Sequence record: MH571750.1
Reading direction: 5' to 3' (one strand)
From: Escherichia phage vB_EcoM-Ro111lw
DNA: 64,000 nucleotides
The notes beneath the pieces were generated by a model. It had not been told where the DNA came from, did not search any database, and worked only from the letters and a program-made list of their open reading frames with translations. How positions within the stretch are numbered: position 1 is the first letter of the stretch; the number at the start of each line of letters is the position of its first letter. The translations under genes were made by a program, and so were the position numbers. Below are positions 1 through 8,832 of this stretch, piece by piece.

Positions 1-16
1 GCCCCCTTAACATTTT

Positions 17-1110
17 CTTAACAATTTCTTAACAAACCCTACATAGTTATGCTTTTAAGGCACTTGTTAGAGACTTGTTAGCCCCTTGTTAAATCTCTGT
101 TAAGACCACGTAAAAGCCTTGTAAGAGTCTTTGGCATAGCCTTTAAAGCTCCTATAAAGCCCTATAAAGAGGTGTCTGTATAGTTGGGGTGTAGATACTA
201 GGAAGAGGTTTAAAAGAGCTTACAAGGAGCTATAGAGAGCTTTTAAGAGGTATGTTTAAGAGTTCACTAAGAAAGGAAAGGGAACGATAAGGAAGAGATA
301 GTGACCATGTTAATAGCTTGTTAAAAAGATTAAACACTTGTTAGAAACTTGTTAATTATCTAATTGGTATTGTTACCAATCCCTAACAAAATAACTCTTT
401 AAAATTAACTTGTTAGCTCTTGTTAGTCATCTGTTAAGCCTCTGTAAAGACTATTCAGCACTTGTTAGAAAACTGTTAAGCCCTTGTTAGTTCTGTTAAG
501 AAACTGTTAAGACCTTTGAAGAGTTGTTAAGAAGATGTGAGAACTGTTAAGAGATTGTTAAGGATATTTTAAAATTTTGCAAAGTACTTGTAAGGGAGCT
601 GTTAAGGGCTACCAAGCAGATATACATCTTCTACAGATATTTTTCAGTCCCTTCAAAGACCCTAAAAAATGACTTGATAGCCCTATTTTATAAAAATTTT
701 AAAATTCTGAATAATTACCTATACAGTCTTTTAAAAATACAGGTAGAAACAGGCTTATAAGATACCTTGTTAGTACCGTGTTAGACCTTGTGAGATAAGG
801 TCTGTAAAGATATTCCTGTTAAGTTTGTTAAAACAGTCTATATAGAGGCTTAGTATTACCTAGTGAACCCTATAGAGGGTAACATAGCTAACCTAGAGAT
901 TAAGAGGTGTATAGAGGTTTCTAAGAGCGTATAGAGAGGTGGTTAAGGTGATTGTATAGGTTGTTAAGAAGGCTTGTTAGAAGAGTGTTTAGAGGGCTAT
1001 TTAGAAGGGTTATACAGAGGGGCTATTAAGACCACTAGATAGTTACTAAGATACTATATAGTACTATATAACTATATAGAGAGTAAGATTAAGAAGGTTG
1101 TTAAGAAGGA
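17..1110. repeat. Dense array of about 30 short degenerate repeats (consensus YTTGTTAR / CTGTTAAG, some inverted as CTTAACA) interleaved with GTATAGAGRG and CCTATAAAG motifs; iteron-like non-coding region
   Basis: Read directly: e.g. acttgttag at 62-70 and 73-81, tctgttaag 97-105, cttgttag/ctgttaag run 408-563, ccttgttag 765, gttgttaag 959 and 1098; tatagag motifs at 867, 909, 930, 1073. No ORF of 60 aa or more in 1-1214. Confidence 0.6.
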
Positions 1111-1170
1111 TAGATATTTTATTCACATATGATGGTGACCCAGAGGTTGGGACAACCGATAAAATTTTAT

Positions 1171-1202
1171 AAAAAATTAAAAAGCCCCCAATTAAGGAGG
1201 CT
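1171..1202 (-). terminator. Rho-independent terminator-like hairpin (AGCCTCC / GGGGGCT stem followed by a T-run on the minus strand)
   Basis: Reverse complement reads agagcctccttaattgggggctttttt; lies just downstream of the minus-strand gene ending at 1215. Confidence 0.5.
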
Positions 1203-1214
1203 CTTAAGATATTT

Positions 1215-1838
1215 TTAAATCAGTGTTTCCAGAACTGTTTTTAGTGATGACTTGGTTGTCTGATAAAAATGAGTAAAGCCGTTGTTGTTATCAAATACCT
1301 GCATCATGATATCATCTCCCTTGATTGGGTACACTCGGATATCATAGTGAAAACCATTAAAGACACAAGAACCACTACAGAATGCTCTAAAGTCATCTAC
1401 TGAGATATACTCTTCATGACCTGTGATTTTTATACAAACACCTTTACTCGGTCTCTTAGGGTTGATATCTTCCATCACAGACATACTCTGTCCACCAAGA
1501 GATACCATAGTGACCACTTTACGGTTCTTCTGTTTAAAGTACATCTTAACTTTCTGCAAAGTGTCTTCATAGAATGGATAAGACCTTTCTACAAAGATTC
1601 CTTCAAGTGGCTCTTTACCATTTTCAACTTCTCGGTTATGCCGTACTGCAAAGATAATTTGTTCGAACCAGTCAAGATTTTCTTCGGAGAGTGCTTCCCG
1701 AACATCCTTCCAGTCAAGTACTAAGTAGTTACCTTCAACTTCTTTTAAGTTATCTTTTTCCATATCTATCACACCATTATCGTAAAACTTGATATTCTGG
1801 TACTGCGAATTTATTACTATTGTTCTTGATGAGGTCAT
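1215..1838 (-). CDS. Hypothetical protein (207 aa; true start may be the internal Met giving 1215..1763)
   Basis: ORF track; first ATG overlaps the upstream gene by 62 nt, an internal Met would remove the overlap. Confidence 0.5.
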   Translation of the reverse strand: MTSSRTIVINSQYQNIKFYDNGVIDMEKDNLKEVEGNYLVLDWKDVREALSEENLDWFEQIIFAVRHNREVENGKEPLEGIFVERSYPFYEDTLQKVKMYFKQKNRKVVTMVSLGGQSMSVMEDINPKRPSKGVCIKITGHEEYISVDDFRAFCSGSCVFNGFHYDIRVYPIKGDDIMMQVFDNNNGFTHFYQTTKSSLKTVLETLI

Positions 1839-2241
1839 CCTCTGAAACTAAAAATGTAATCCCACATAAGTGTCTGTAACGACTATCATACTCGAATATC
1901 TTAAACAGATATTTACCATCATGATAAACCTGTTGCACTTCACCTTCTGCAACAGTCTCGCCTGTAATAAAATTTTTTAGTTTATACACATTACCAACTT
2001 TAGGTACTGTTTTCATCTCAGGCTCTTTTAGTGCTACACCTATTTTTGCATCACCGAGTAAATGAGAACTCTCAAAAGCTACGTGTTTCATATAAGCTTC
2101 TGAGCATTCCCAAATAAAACAATGTACAAGAACCTTAGCAGCATGTCTTGAGCAGTTCAACTTATCACAAATTTCTGTGTACATCTCATCTTTAGTAGAA
2201 TTGTCAAGCATTGCTCTTTGCACTACTTCTTTAATTTTCAT
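1777..2241 (-). CDS. Hypothetical protein (154 aa)
   Basis: ORF track; member of a co-directional, tightly packed minus-strand gene series. Confidence 0.5.
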   Translation of the reverse strand: MKIKEVVQRAMLDNSTKDEMYTEICDKLNCSRHAAKVLVHCFIWECSEAYMKHVAFESSHLLGDAKIGVALKEPEMKTVPKVGNVYKLKNFITGETVAEGEVQQVYHDGKYLFKIFEYDSRYRHLCGITFLVSEDDLIKNNSNKFAVPEYQVLR

Positions 2242-2659
2242 AAGCTCTCCGAATAACCCTATTAAGCATCTCTAAAGTCAGCTTTCCAGACTCTAAATGT
2301 GGCATAACAAGCTTTAAAGCTTTTTCAACATCATGCACAACATCTATTATACCTTCTTCATAGGCTTCTACAAGGATATCTTTTACGTTTTGTTGGTTAT
2401 CTTTTTGTGGTATTGCTAGACGCATATCAAACTCATTTGCTTGAGGGTGGTCACTACCATGCCAGTAACCATCTTTGTTAAAGCTGATGTAGTCACCGTG
2501 GTAAAAGTGTACACCATTAGCTTTAAACTTCTCCAGCACAAGGCATTGAATTGGGTATTCAGTATTCCACTCCCTGACTCCTATAACCTTCACTGTTGCG
2601 ATGTACTCCTGTGTTTTTGCATCTATGATGTCAAGTTCTTGACCAGCTATGATTTGCAT
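2231..2659 (-). CDS. Hypothetical protein (142 aa)
   Basis: ORF track; start overlaps stop of upstream gene (translational coupling). Confidence 0.55.
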   Translation of the reverse strand: MQIIAGQELDIIDAKTQEYIATVKVIGVREWNTEYPIQCLVLEKFKANGVHFYHGDYISFNKDGYWHGSDHPQANEFDMRLAIPQKDNQQNVKDILVEAYEEGIIDVVHDVEKALKLVMPHLESGKLTLEMLNRVIRRAYEN

Positions 2660-2713
2660 ATTCGCTACCTTCTAAGTTTCTACAAAGGGGCTATCAAGTA
2701 ACCCCTCAAGTTA

Positions 2714-2938
2714 TTACTCAGACTTTTCAGTCTTCTTGTCGGATTTCTTACTAGTCTTCTTCTCAGCTTTCTGCTCAGGCTCCTTCTCAGAAGTTGCCTT
2801 AATAACCATATCAAGAAGCTCTGATAAGTCACTCTTCAGTAAAGTAACAGGCTGCTCATTGTAGAAGTTTTTGTCAAGATAGACTTTGAACTCTTCAATA
2901 GAAGGAAATCCAAAAATTGGTACAGGTGTCTTAATCAT
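2714..2938 (-). CDS. Hypothetical protein with Lys-rich C-terminus (74 aa)
   Basis: ORF track; C-terminal KKTSKKSDKKTEKSE tail. Confidence 0.45.
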   Translation of the reverse strand: MIKTPVPIFGFPSIEEFKVYLDKNFYNEQPVTLLKSDLSELLDMVIKATSEKEPEQKAEKKTSKKSDKKTEKSE

Positions 2939-3014
2939 TACTTAGTTTCTCCATAAGCATCTTTCAAGATTGCCTTGTTAATCATTTCAGCGATTGCAAA
3001 ACGAACACATACAG

Positions 3015-3548
3015 CTATAATTGTAGGTTGCACTCTTTACTTACCTCTTCAAGTTTAACCTCAGAGTCCTTAAGTCGTTTCTTATGAACTCTGAATCTCA
3101 TTAGTGAGATGATGATACCAACTAAAGGTACAGCATACAAGTACCAAACATCATATACCTTTGCAGTAATCTGTGTAATGGTCAAATCTTGAGCTATGGA
3201 ACTGATTGCTGATACTGCCAGTAATGTTGCTAAGAAAAATGCCAGTACCATTACTGTACTCAAACAACCTCTGGCATGGTGTTCATGCTTAATGCACTTA
3301 TTCTTTTCGTCAACAACCCTGTTGTAGTCGTTTGTAAAGTCTCTGTAGAAAGCTTTCAAGTATTCTTTATTGTAACCTTCAAAGCAACCTGTACCGTACC
3401 AATAATCACCACCAAAATGTGCTATGATACCAGTATCCCCGTTTGGTTTGGTTACTCTTAAAGAAGTATGATGGCGAGTATCCTGATAATCTATCTTATA
3501 TCTCTCTTCAAAAATCATTTTCCAACCCCTCTCAATCGTTTGTTCCAT
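3015..3548 (-). CDS. Hypothetical membrane protein (177 aa, two predicted C-terminal TM helices)
   Basis: Hydrophobic stretches LSTVMVLAFFLATLLAVSAISSIA and YLYAVPLVGIIISLM in the translation. Confidence 0.5.
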   Translation of the reverse strand: MEQTIERGWKMIFEERYKIDYQDTRHHTSLRVTKPNGDTGIIAHFGGDYWYGTGCFEGYNKEYLKAFYRDFTNDYNRVVDEKNKCIKHEHHARGCLSTVMVLAFFLATLLAVSAISSIAQDLTITQITAKVYDVWYLYAVPLVGIIISLMRFRVHKKRLKDSEVKLEEVSKECNLQL

Positions 3549-3733
3549 TCAAGGTCAACAAATCTTTGCAGGACTTTCCCTCTAGGTGTTACACCTTTTA
3601 AATCTGCATCGTAACAATGGTAAAAGTCACCTTCAGCATGTTTACCATAGCATTTTCTGATATTCTGGCTTCTGCGATACTGTTCTAACAAGGACAGTTT
3701 GTAGTAATCTTCAACTGTAGTTAGTTTTTTCAT
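3515..3733 (-). CDS. Hypothetical protein (72 aa)
   Basis: ORF track; co-directional with neighbours. Confidence 0.4.
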   Translation of the reverse strand: MKKLTTVEDYYKLSLLEQYRRSQNIRKCYGKHAEGDFYHCYDADLKGVTPRGKVLQRFVDLEWNKRLRGVGK

Positions 3734-3816
3734 TCTTTCACCGTAGTGTTTCTCTAGAAACTAAAAAGGGAACTACCTCTCGATAGCTCCCATCATAGTT
3801 AATATTGTATATTCGG

Positions 3817-4398
3817 TCAAGAGTATTTTTTAGGCAGTAATGCGCTACGCTTGTTACTCTCTTCACTCAATAGTGCGATAAATTCATCACCTTTCCCTTT
3901 CCACGGACTGAATGTAGGGATGTGCTCTCTGATAGCCTCAATCACTGTTTTCAGGGCATTGTTCTTTAACCACCAATCAGATACTGCTGAGGCTACAATA
4001 TAATAAGCACCATCATCTGTGAAAATTGGCTCAGAGATACATGGTGAAATCATAGTGGTGATGATAGAGCCGTTATTCATGTAGTATGTTCTTTTTTCAA
4101 CCTTATCAAGAAGCTTATGTAGGTCTGCAAAGAGACTCACAACCTCTTTATGGTCAATGTCTTTTTCAAGATTTGCTCTATATTTCAGCAGTGCAGCATC
4201 AACCTCTTTATCATTGAATTTGAAGTATTGAACTTCTTCATTCACACATACACTGATGTTGTTGGTGTTTATCGTCAACTTGCACAGTTTGACTGGAGAA
4301 TTGATGTTAGTCTGAAAAAGTGCTACACAGCCTTCTACATTTCCGAAATGCTTGACTAATGTAACTTCTGGTTGAATGTGCTCATTCTCTTCTGACAT
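3817..4398 (-). CDS. Hypothetical protein (193 aa)
   Basis: ORF track. Confidence 0.55.
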   Translation of the reverse strand: MSEENEHIQPEVTLVKHFGNVEGCVALFQTNINSPVKLCKLTINTNNISVCVNEEVQYFKFNDKEVDAALLKYRANLEKDIDHKEVVSLFADLHKLLDKVEKRTYYMNNGSIITTMISPCISEPIFTDDGAYYIVASAVSDWWLKNNALKTVIEAIREHIPTFSPWKGKGDEFIALLSEESNKRSALLPKKYS

Positions 4399-4745
4399 TA
4401 CAGTTTCCTCATTAAATACTTTTTAAGTTGTGTGTTAGGTTTCTCAAAAACTTCTATAGAAGATATCTTGACAGACTCACCACGCATACCTGTATGCTTA
4501 AATATGTAATACTCTAACATCCCTATGTACTTTGCTGGTAAGTCATGTTTGACATACACTGTTACAGAATCTTCAAATTCAACAACCTTTGTACCATCCT
4601 TGTAGTTGAACTCTTTAGGATGGTTGTAGTTGTCAATGTCATACATTAAAAAGAGTCTTTTCCGTTGCATATCAAGCTTATTGGTTAAAGACTCTTTGAT
4701 ATCTGAGAAGTTTTTGTACACTGTGACATGGAGCTTACTCATCAT
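4398..4745 (-). CDS. Hypothetical protein (115 aa)
   Basis: ORF track; stop/start overlap with flanking genes. Confidence 0.5.
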   Translation of the reverse strand: MMSKLHVTVYKNFSDIKESLTNKLDMQRKRLFLMYDIDNYNHPKEFNYKDGTKVVEFEDSVTVYVKHDLPAKYIGMLEYYIFKHTGMRGESVKISSIEVFEKPNTQLKKYLMRKL

Positions 4746-5028
4746 TAAACTCTCTGACGAAGAAATAGTTGACTTTATTATTGCCTACCATAAGGTCAAA
4801 GCAAGTATTTTCAAAAGGCTTGTTGTAGGCATCATATGAAGTGTACGTATCAGCTACTTGTTTAGTATTGAGCTTTTTACTTGATGGGTTTAAGAGGCCA
4901 CCATACAGTTTCTTGATAGCCTCTTCTACAACAGACCAGATAATTTCGTCAGTAATTTCTTCGTACAGGTCAAGTTCACGCTCTAGTGAGAAGTCACAAA
5001 TAGGGAAAACAACCTGTACTTTACTCAT
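4735..5028 (-). CDS. Hypothetical protein (97 aa)
   Basis: ORF track. Confidence 0.5.
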   Translation of the reverse strand: MSKVQVVFPICDFSLERELDLYEEITDEIIWSVVEEAIKKLYGGLLNPSSKKLNTKQVADTYTSYDAYNKPFENTCFDLMVGNNKVNYFFVREFNDE

Positions 5029-5417
5029 TAACGAACAACCTGTGAGACTTGAATTGCTTCAGTTACAGACAAATCACCAACTTTCTCTTCTTTGATAAAA
5101 GTGAAGGTGAGTTCAACAGGCTCTTGCTCTTCTTGCTCAACTGGAATGCCATTAAGCTCATCGCGGATTGATTGAGTTGTCCAGTCTTCTCCACCATCTG
5201 GATAATGGATGGCGTAAAGAGGAAACTCCATGTCATACCAGCCAAATACAGGGCAACCATCTGCATCATCTCGCATTCTGCGAAGGGTGCTACCTGAGCC
5301 TGTAAAGCGAAGACTAATATTCCCATTACACTCAAAAATCACTGCTTCAGCAAGTCCAGCATCTTCTCGACCATCATGGCCAAAGGTGTCAACTTTTACT
5401 TGAATCTCTTTATTCAT
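5028..5417 (-). CDS. Hypothetical acidic protein (129 aa)
   Basis: ORF track; Asp/Glu-rich (EQEEQEPVE). Confidence 0.5.
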   Translation of the reverse strand: MNKEIQVKVDTFGHDGREDAGLAEAVIFECNGNISLRFTGSGSTLRRMRDDADGCPVFGWYDMEFPLYAIHYPDGGEDWTTQSIRDELNGIPVEQEEQEPVELTFTFIKEEKVGDLSVTEAIQVSQVVR

Positions 5418-5808
5418 AAAAACCTCTCTCTGCTTGTTCTATTTTTGCTCTTAAAGCTTCGCAATGTTGTAAATGATAGTTAGCTTCTTGTTCATGTGTT
5501 GCTAACTGCCTTTCCAGAACAGTTTTATAATAACTTGCGAGTTGCTCTTTTGTCAATGGGTGCTCTGAAATAATATCAAGTCCACTTTCGCCAAGAGGGT
5601 TGAATTGTCCATGTTCGTTGACATTGTAAGTCTCAAACTTGAACAGGCCATTGTTCACAGACTCAATAGGTGACAGTTCAACAAGCTCTACAGTAAACCG
5701 TGTATATACTTTGTCACCTCTTGAAACCACATTGTTCCCGACAATGCGTACAAGCGAGCCATTACGAGTGTACTTAAAAGTTCCAAAGTCACTAGCCCAA
5801 AGTTTCAT
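5410..5808 (-). CDS. Hypothetical protein (132 aa)
   Basis: ORF track. Confidence 0.5.
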   Translation of the reverse strand: MKLWASDFGTFKYTRNGSLVRIVGNNVVSRGDKVYTRFTVELVELSPIESVNNGLFKFETYNVNEHGQFNPLGESGLDIISEHPLTKEQLASYYKTVLERQLATHEQEANYHLQHCEALRAKIEQAERGFYE

Positions 5809-5821
5809 AATTTTCTCCTTA

Positions 5822-5850
5822 GAAAATAAAAAAGGCTCCAGAAGGAGCCT
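5822..5850 (-). terminator. Rho-independent terminator (GGCTCC/GGAGCC hairpin plus T-run on the minus strand)
   Basis: Plus strand reads aaaataaaaaaggctccagaaggagcct immediately 3' of the lysozyme gene on the minus strand. Confidence 0.6.
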
Positions 5851-5859
5851 ATGAAGATA

Positions 5860-6324
5860 TTACTTTGGATATACACTGTCAAGATAAATGTCAGCTTCCA
5901 TTCTACGTCTGTTTTTCAGGCCGTTTGAAGTGACCTTCTTACCTTTGACTGTAACCTTGTTCCACCACTGCATAGCTTCTGCACAACCGACCTTATTACC
6001 AGCATTGTGGCGCTTGATAAATGTAGAATCCTGCATAGCTGTGATACCGATGTTGTATGTTTCACTTACAAGTGCATCGAACTCGTTCTGAGAAGTTGGA
6101 ACCTTGATAGCTTTATTCACTGCTGCAACGAACTTCTCAACATCTGCAAGAAGATACTGTTCAGCTTGTTCAGCAGTAATTTTCATACCCATCTTAACAG
6201 GTTTTCCGTCAATACGGATTGTCCCATACCCGATTGTTGGGATTCCGGCAGAGTCTTCGTAAGCCTCTAACTTCAGACCTTCAAAGAACTTAATAGCCTC
6301 TAAACCTTTTCTTGAGAGTTGCAT
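5860..6324 (-). CDS. Endolysin, T4/lambda-type lysozyme (glycoside hydrolase family 24)
   Basis: Translation begins MQLSRKGLEAIKFFEGLKLEAYEDSAGIPTIGYGT..., matching the conserved N-terminal catalytic region of GH24 phage lysozymes (Glu in EGL..AY, Asp, IGYG). Confidence 0.8.
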   Translation of the reverse strand: MQLSRKGLEAIKFFEGLKLEAYEDSAGIPTIGYGTIRIDGKPVKMGMKITAEQAEQYLLADVEKFVAAVNKAIKVPTSQNEFDALVSETYNIGITAMQDSTFIKRHNAGNKVGCAEAMQWWNKVTVKGKKVTSNGLKNRRRMEADIYLDSVYPK

Positions 6325-7208
6325 TATGCCTCCCCTGCTGGGTTAACTGTAACTGTTGCTGCATTAGATGTTACAGAGCCACCTGCACCAGTAACTACAC
6401 AGGTGTAGCTTCCTGAATCAGCAGCGGTTGCACCTTCTTTAGTGTAAGTTGCAGCGGTTGCATCAAGGATATCTTCCTCACCTTTCTTCCACTGGTAACC
6501 TGTTGCACCTGTTGCAGTAACTGCTAAGTTGATGTTTCCACCTTCATTAATAGTCTGGTTAGAAGGTTGCTTGGTAATCACAGGTAGTGCGTTCACAGTC
6601 ACTGTTGCTGCATCTGAGGTAACACTTGTTCCACCTTCTCCAGATACAACACAAGTGTATGAACCAGCGTCAGAAGGTGCTACTGACTGTTTTGTGTAAG
6701 TTGCAGAATTGGCACTAGGGATGTCCTCACCATCCTTTTTCCACTGATATCCAGTGGCGTTAGTTGCTAGAATGGTTAGAGTAAGTGTGCCACCCTCATT
6801 AACTGTTTGACCTGTTGGCTGCTGAGTAATTGCTGGTGGCTTGATAGCATCCTTCAACTTAGCATTCAACATTGAGAATGGTTTAACCCTTGCCAGCCAT
6901 TCACAATAAACTGTATCAACATCTTTACCATTGATAATTGCATATTGTAAGTCCATGAAGAAGTCAGAAGTTCTCATTTGAGCACCAACGCTGTAAAGCA
7001 ACTCATCACTAAATGGGACTTTGTAGTCTGGTTTGTAGTCAAACTTCTCAACTTCTGCAATATCAGCTTCAGGCCAATATGAACTATAGGTAAGTGGTAA
7101 AATAGCCTCTTGATATGTTCTAAAATCATATCTCTTACCAGCCTTTACGTTTGCAATGAAGCCCTTCACAAACTCTTTGAAGTCTGGGTAAGTCTTTGCT
7201 TTAATCAT
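6324..7208 (-). CDS. Protein with N-terminal domain of unknown function and two C-terminal Ig-like (I-set/Big-type) repeats
   Basis: Two tandem about 90-aa repeats each containing ...GYQWKK.GEDI...Y....A..D.GSYTCVV.G.GG..TS.AATVTVN; N-terminal 120 aa paralogous to the product of 7205..7576. Confidence 0.65.
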   Translation of the reverse strand: MIKAKTYPDFKEFVKGFIANVKAGKRYDFRTYQEAILPLTYSSYWPEADIAEVEKFDYKPDYKVPFSDELLYSVGAQMRTSDFFMDLQYAIINGKDVDTVYCEWLARVKPFSMLNAKLKDAIKPPAITQQPTGQTVNEGGTLTLTILATNATGYQWKKDGEDIPSANSATYTKQSVAPSDAGSYTCVVSGEGGTSVTSDAATVTVNALPVITKQPSNQTINEGGNINLAVTATGATGYQWKKGEEDILDATAATYTKEGATAADSGSYTCVVTGAGGSVTSNAATVTVNPAGEA

Positions 7209-7576
7209 TTCTTTTCAGCCTCTAAATGTGCGTTTAGTCTAAAATAACCTTTGTGATTCGGAGATACATCACCAACGACAATACCTTTAACCTTATAACC
7301 TTTACCAATTACATACTGGATATCCATAAGGAATCTTCCAAGACCAACAATATGGAACATTGGGTATAATAGATTCTCAGAGTCTGGAATATTAATTTCA
7401 GGTTTGTAGGTACGCTGTTCGATTGTTGGTGTAATATCTTCTTCAGGCCATTTACTGAGTCTCCATGTCAAAGGTGTTGGGATAACATCATTAAGGTTGT
7501 ACCTTTCACCATTTTGCACGGAATTGATATAGGATTGTAGGAAGCAATAAAAGTCTTTTGCACTCTTAGCTTTCAT
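7205..7576 (-). CDS. Hypothetical protein, paralogue of the N-terminal domain of the Ig-like protein
   Basis: MKAKSAKDFYCFLQSYINSVQNGERY... aligns with MIKAKTYPDFKEFVKGFIANVKAGKRY... and shares the MDIQY motif. Confidence 0.55.
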   Translation of the reverse strand: MKAKSAKDFYCFLQSYINSVQNGERYNLNDVIPTPLTWRLSKWPEEDITPTIEQRTYKPEINIPDSENLLYPMFHIVGLGRFLMDIQYVIGKGYKVKGIVVGDVSPNHKGYFRLNAHLEAEKK

Positions 7577-7595
7577 TAAATATCCTTATAAATAG

Positions 7596-7614
7596 TTAAA
7601 GGGGCATAAGCCCC
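7596..7614 (-). terminator. Hairpin (GGGGC/GCCCC) downstream of minus-strand gene; weak terminator
   Basis: aggggcataagcccct read directly; the flanking T-run is poor. Confidence 0.35.
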
Positions 7615-7623
7615 TATTCACAC

Positions 7624-8214
7624 TTAAGCTTTGGTCTTAAGTAGGTTCTTAAGTTTTTTAAGATTCATACTCTCATCAAACTTAAAACCAAATCCATTGA
7701 CATAATCAATGAGCTCGGATTTCTTACTGAGTGACAATGCGTAACTCATATCAAAGTTCTTACTTGTTTCTGCATCTGGACTAGAGTTCACATCAAATGA
7801 AATTTCCGTAGGCTCTTGCTTACTTTTTCTCATATTATCAACCAACAAACATGTATAGTTTGCTGGATAGAAATTTACACTACCATCAACGTAGCTGTAC
7901 TTATTATTATGGATAAGGTTGGAAAATACCTTAAGGAATGTTTCTGAGTCGTGGCAAACAAGTTTGAATTGGCTGCTCTCTCCAAGCGCAACTAATGAAT
8001 ACGGACTTTCACTATCAAAGTCATAATTTGGATTAGATGCCGTCACTGTTACACGCATCAAGTTATTAGCAATAGTCTTCTGTTTAAAAGAATTTTGAAC
8101 ATAGTGAAGACCTCTATCACACTGATTGACTAGCTCTTTAAGAAGGTCATTTGCATATGGTGAATTAATTGATACAGAGCCATCACTATTGTAATTAAAA
8201 CTTACTGTTAACAT
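7624..8214 (-). CDS. Hypothetical protein (196 aa)
   Basis: ORF track. Confidence 0.5.
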   Translation of the reverse strand: MLTVSFNYNSDGSVSINSPYANDLLKELVNQCDRGLHYVQNSFKQKTIANNLMRVTVTASNPNYDFDSESPYSLVALGESSQFKLVCHDSETFLKVFSNLIHNNKYSYVDGSVNFYPANYTCLLVDNMRKSKQEPTEISFDVNSSPDAETSKNFDMSYALSLSKKSELIDYVNGFGFKFDESMNLKKLKNLLKTKA

Positions 8215-8441
8215 TTTTCAGTTCTCCTGCGATTTATAATTTTGCTGCAATAGAGAAACGAAGTAAACTCACTGGAAGAAACCATTAAGTGTTGTTCACT
8301 AGATTGAGCCATTGCCCTGAAATACATTCCAGTCAAAGCATCATAGTGACTATTCTTTCCAATTGAGGTTATATAGCCATGACTCTTTGCAGTTTGATAT
8401 AAATCTATAATATCTGCGATTTCTAATTGGGAACTACACAT
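8208..8441 (-). CDS. Hypothetical protein (77 aa)
   Basis: ORF track. Confidence 0.4.
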   Translation of the reverse strand: MCSSQLEIADIIDLYQTAKSHGYITSIGKNSHYDALTGMYFRAMAQSSEQHLMVSSSEFTSFLYCSKIINRRRTEKC

Positions 8442-8605
8442 AGATAATCCTCTTGTCTTCTGTAATTTTGAAAGAACAGGTACAGACCAATTTCAGAGGA
8501 TGAATAGTAGATTAACTCTACCCTTTTTGATTCCTTACAGTGATTGGTATTCTTACCTTTCTTCGGTTTATTTGATTTTCTCATTAAGTCTCCTTTGTAG
8601 AACAA
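8423..8605 (-). CDS. Hypothetical small basic protein (60 aa), first gene of the minus-strand operon
   Basis: ORF track; weakly supported. Confidence 0.3.
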   Translation of the reverse strand: MFYKGDLMRKSNKPKKGKNTNHCKESKRVELIYYSSSEIGLYLFFQNYRRQEDYLCVVPN

Positions 8606-8682
8606 GGCAGACCTACAGCTTAACTAAGATGGTACAGTAATCCATACAACAAGTCAAGAACTATTGCAAGTTAAAAAAGTTG

Positions 8683-8707
8683 TTGACAAAGTACTTGACA
8701 AGGTGTA
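8683..8707 (+). promoter_or_regulatory. Conserved 25-nt motif with tandem TTGACAA half-sites 12 bp apart (GTTGACAAAGTACTTGACAAGGTGT) in a divergent intergenic region; second copy at 50107
   Basis: Identical except one base to the sequence at 50107-50131; both lie between divergently transcribed gene blocks. Confidence 0.5.
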
Positions 8708-8832
8708 GGCTTATAAATACTTAGAAGATAACTTAAAAGGTTCCTCTAAAAAGGCTATTTAAACAGATATCTTTCTGGATATCTATCTTTTATCTTAAAA
8801 GCCTTTTAAGAGGTCTTATAAGAGGCATACCA

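Noticed and set aside
17-1110. Possible CRISPR array in the repeat-rich leader
   Set aside because: Repeats are 8-9 bp, degenerate, in both orientations and irregularly spaced, with no unique spacers of uniform length; not CRISPR.
1416-1724. Antisense ORFs embedded within longer genes (e.g. 1416..1724 +, 2441..2701 +, 9543..9809 -, 18045..18461 -, 22785..23375 -, 47658..48053 +, 48909..49313 +, 49368..49757 +, 55405..55776 -)
   Set aside because: Each lies entirely inside, and antisense to, a longer ORF with clear motifs or operon context; compositions are low-complexity and there are no RBS-supported starts. Treated as spurious six-frame artefacts.
8683-8723. Tandem TTGACA boxes as a simple sigma70 promoter
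   Set aside because: Neither TTGACA is followed by a TATAAT-like hexamer at 16-18 bp; the conserved 25-mer is more likely an operator or a non-canonical promoter.
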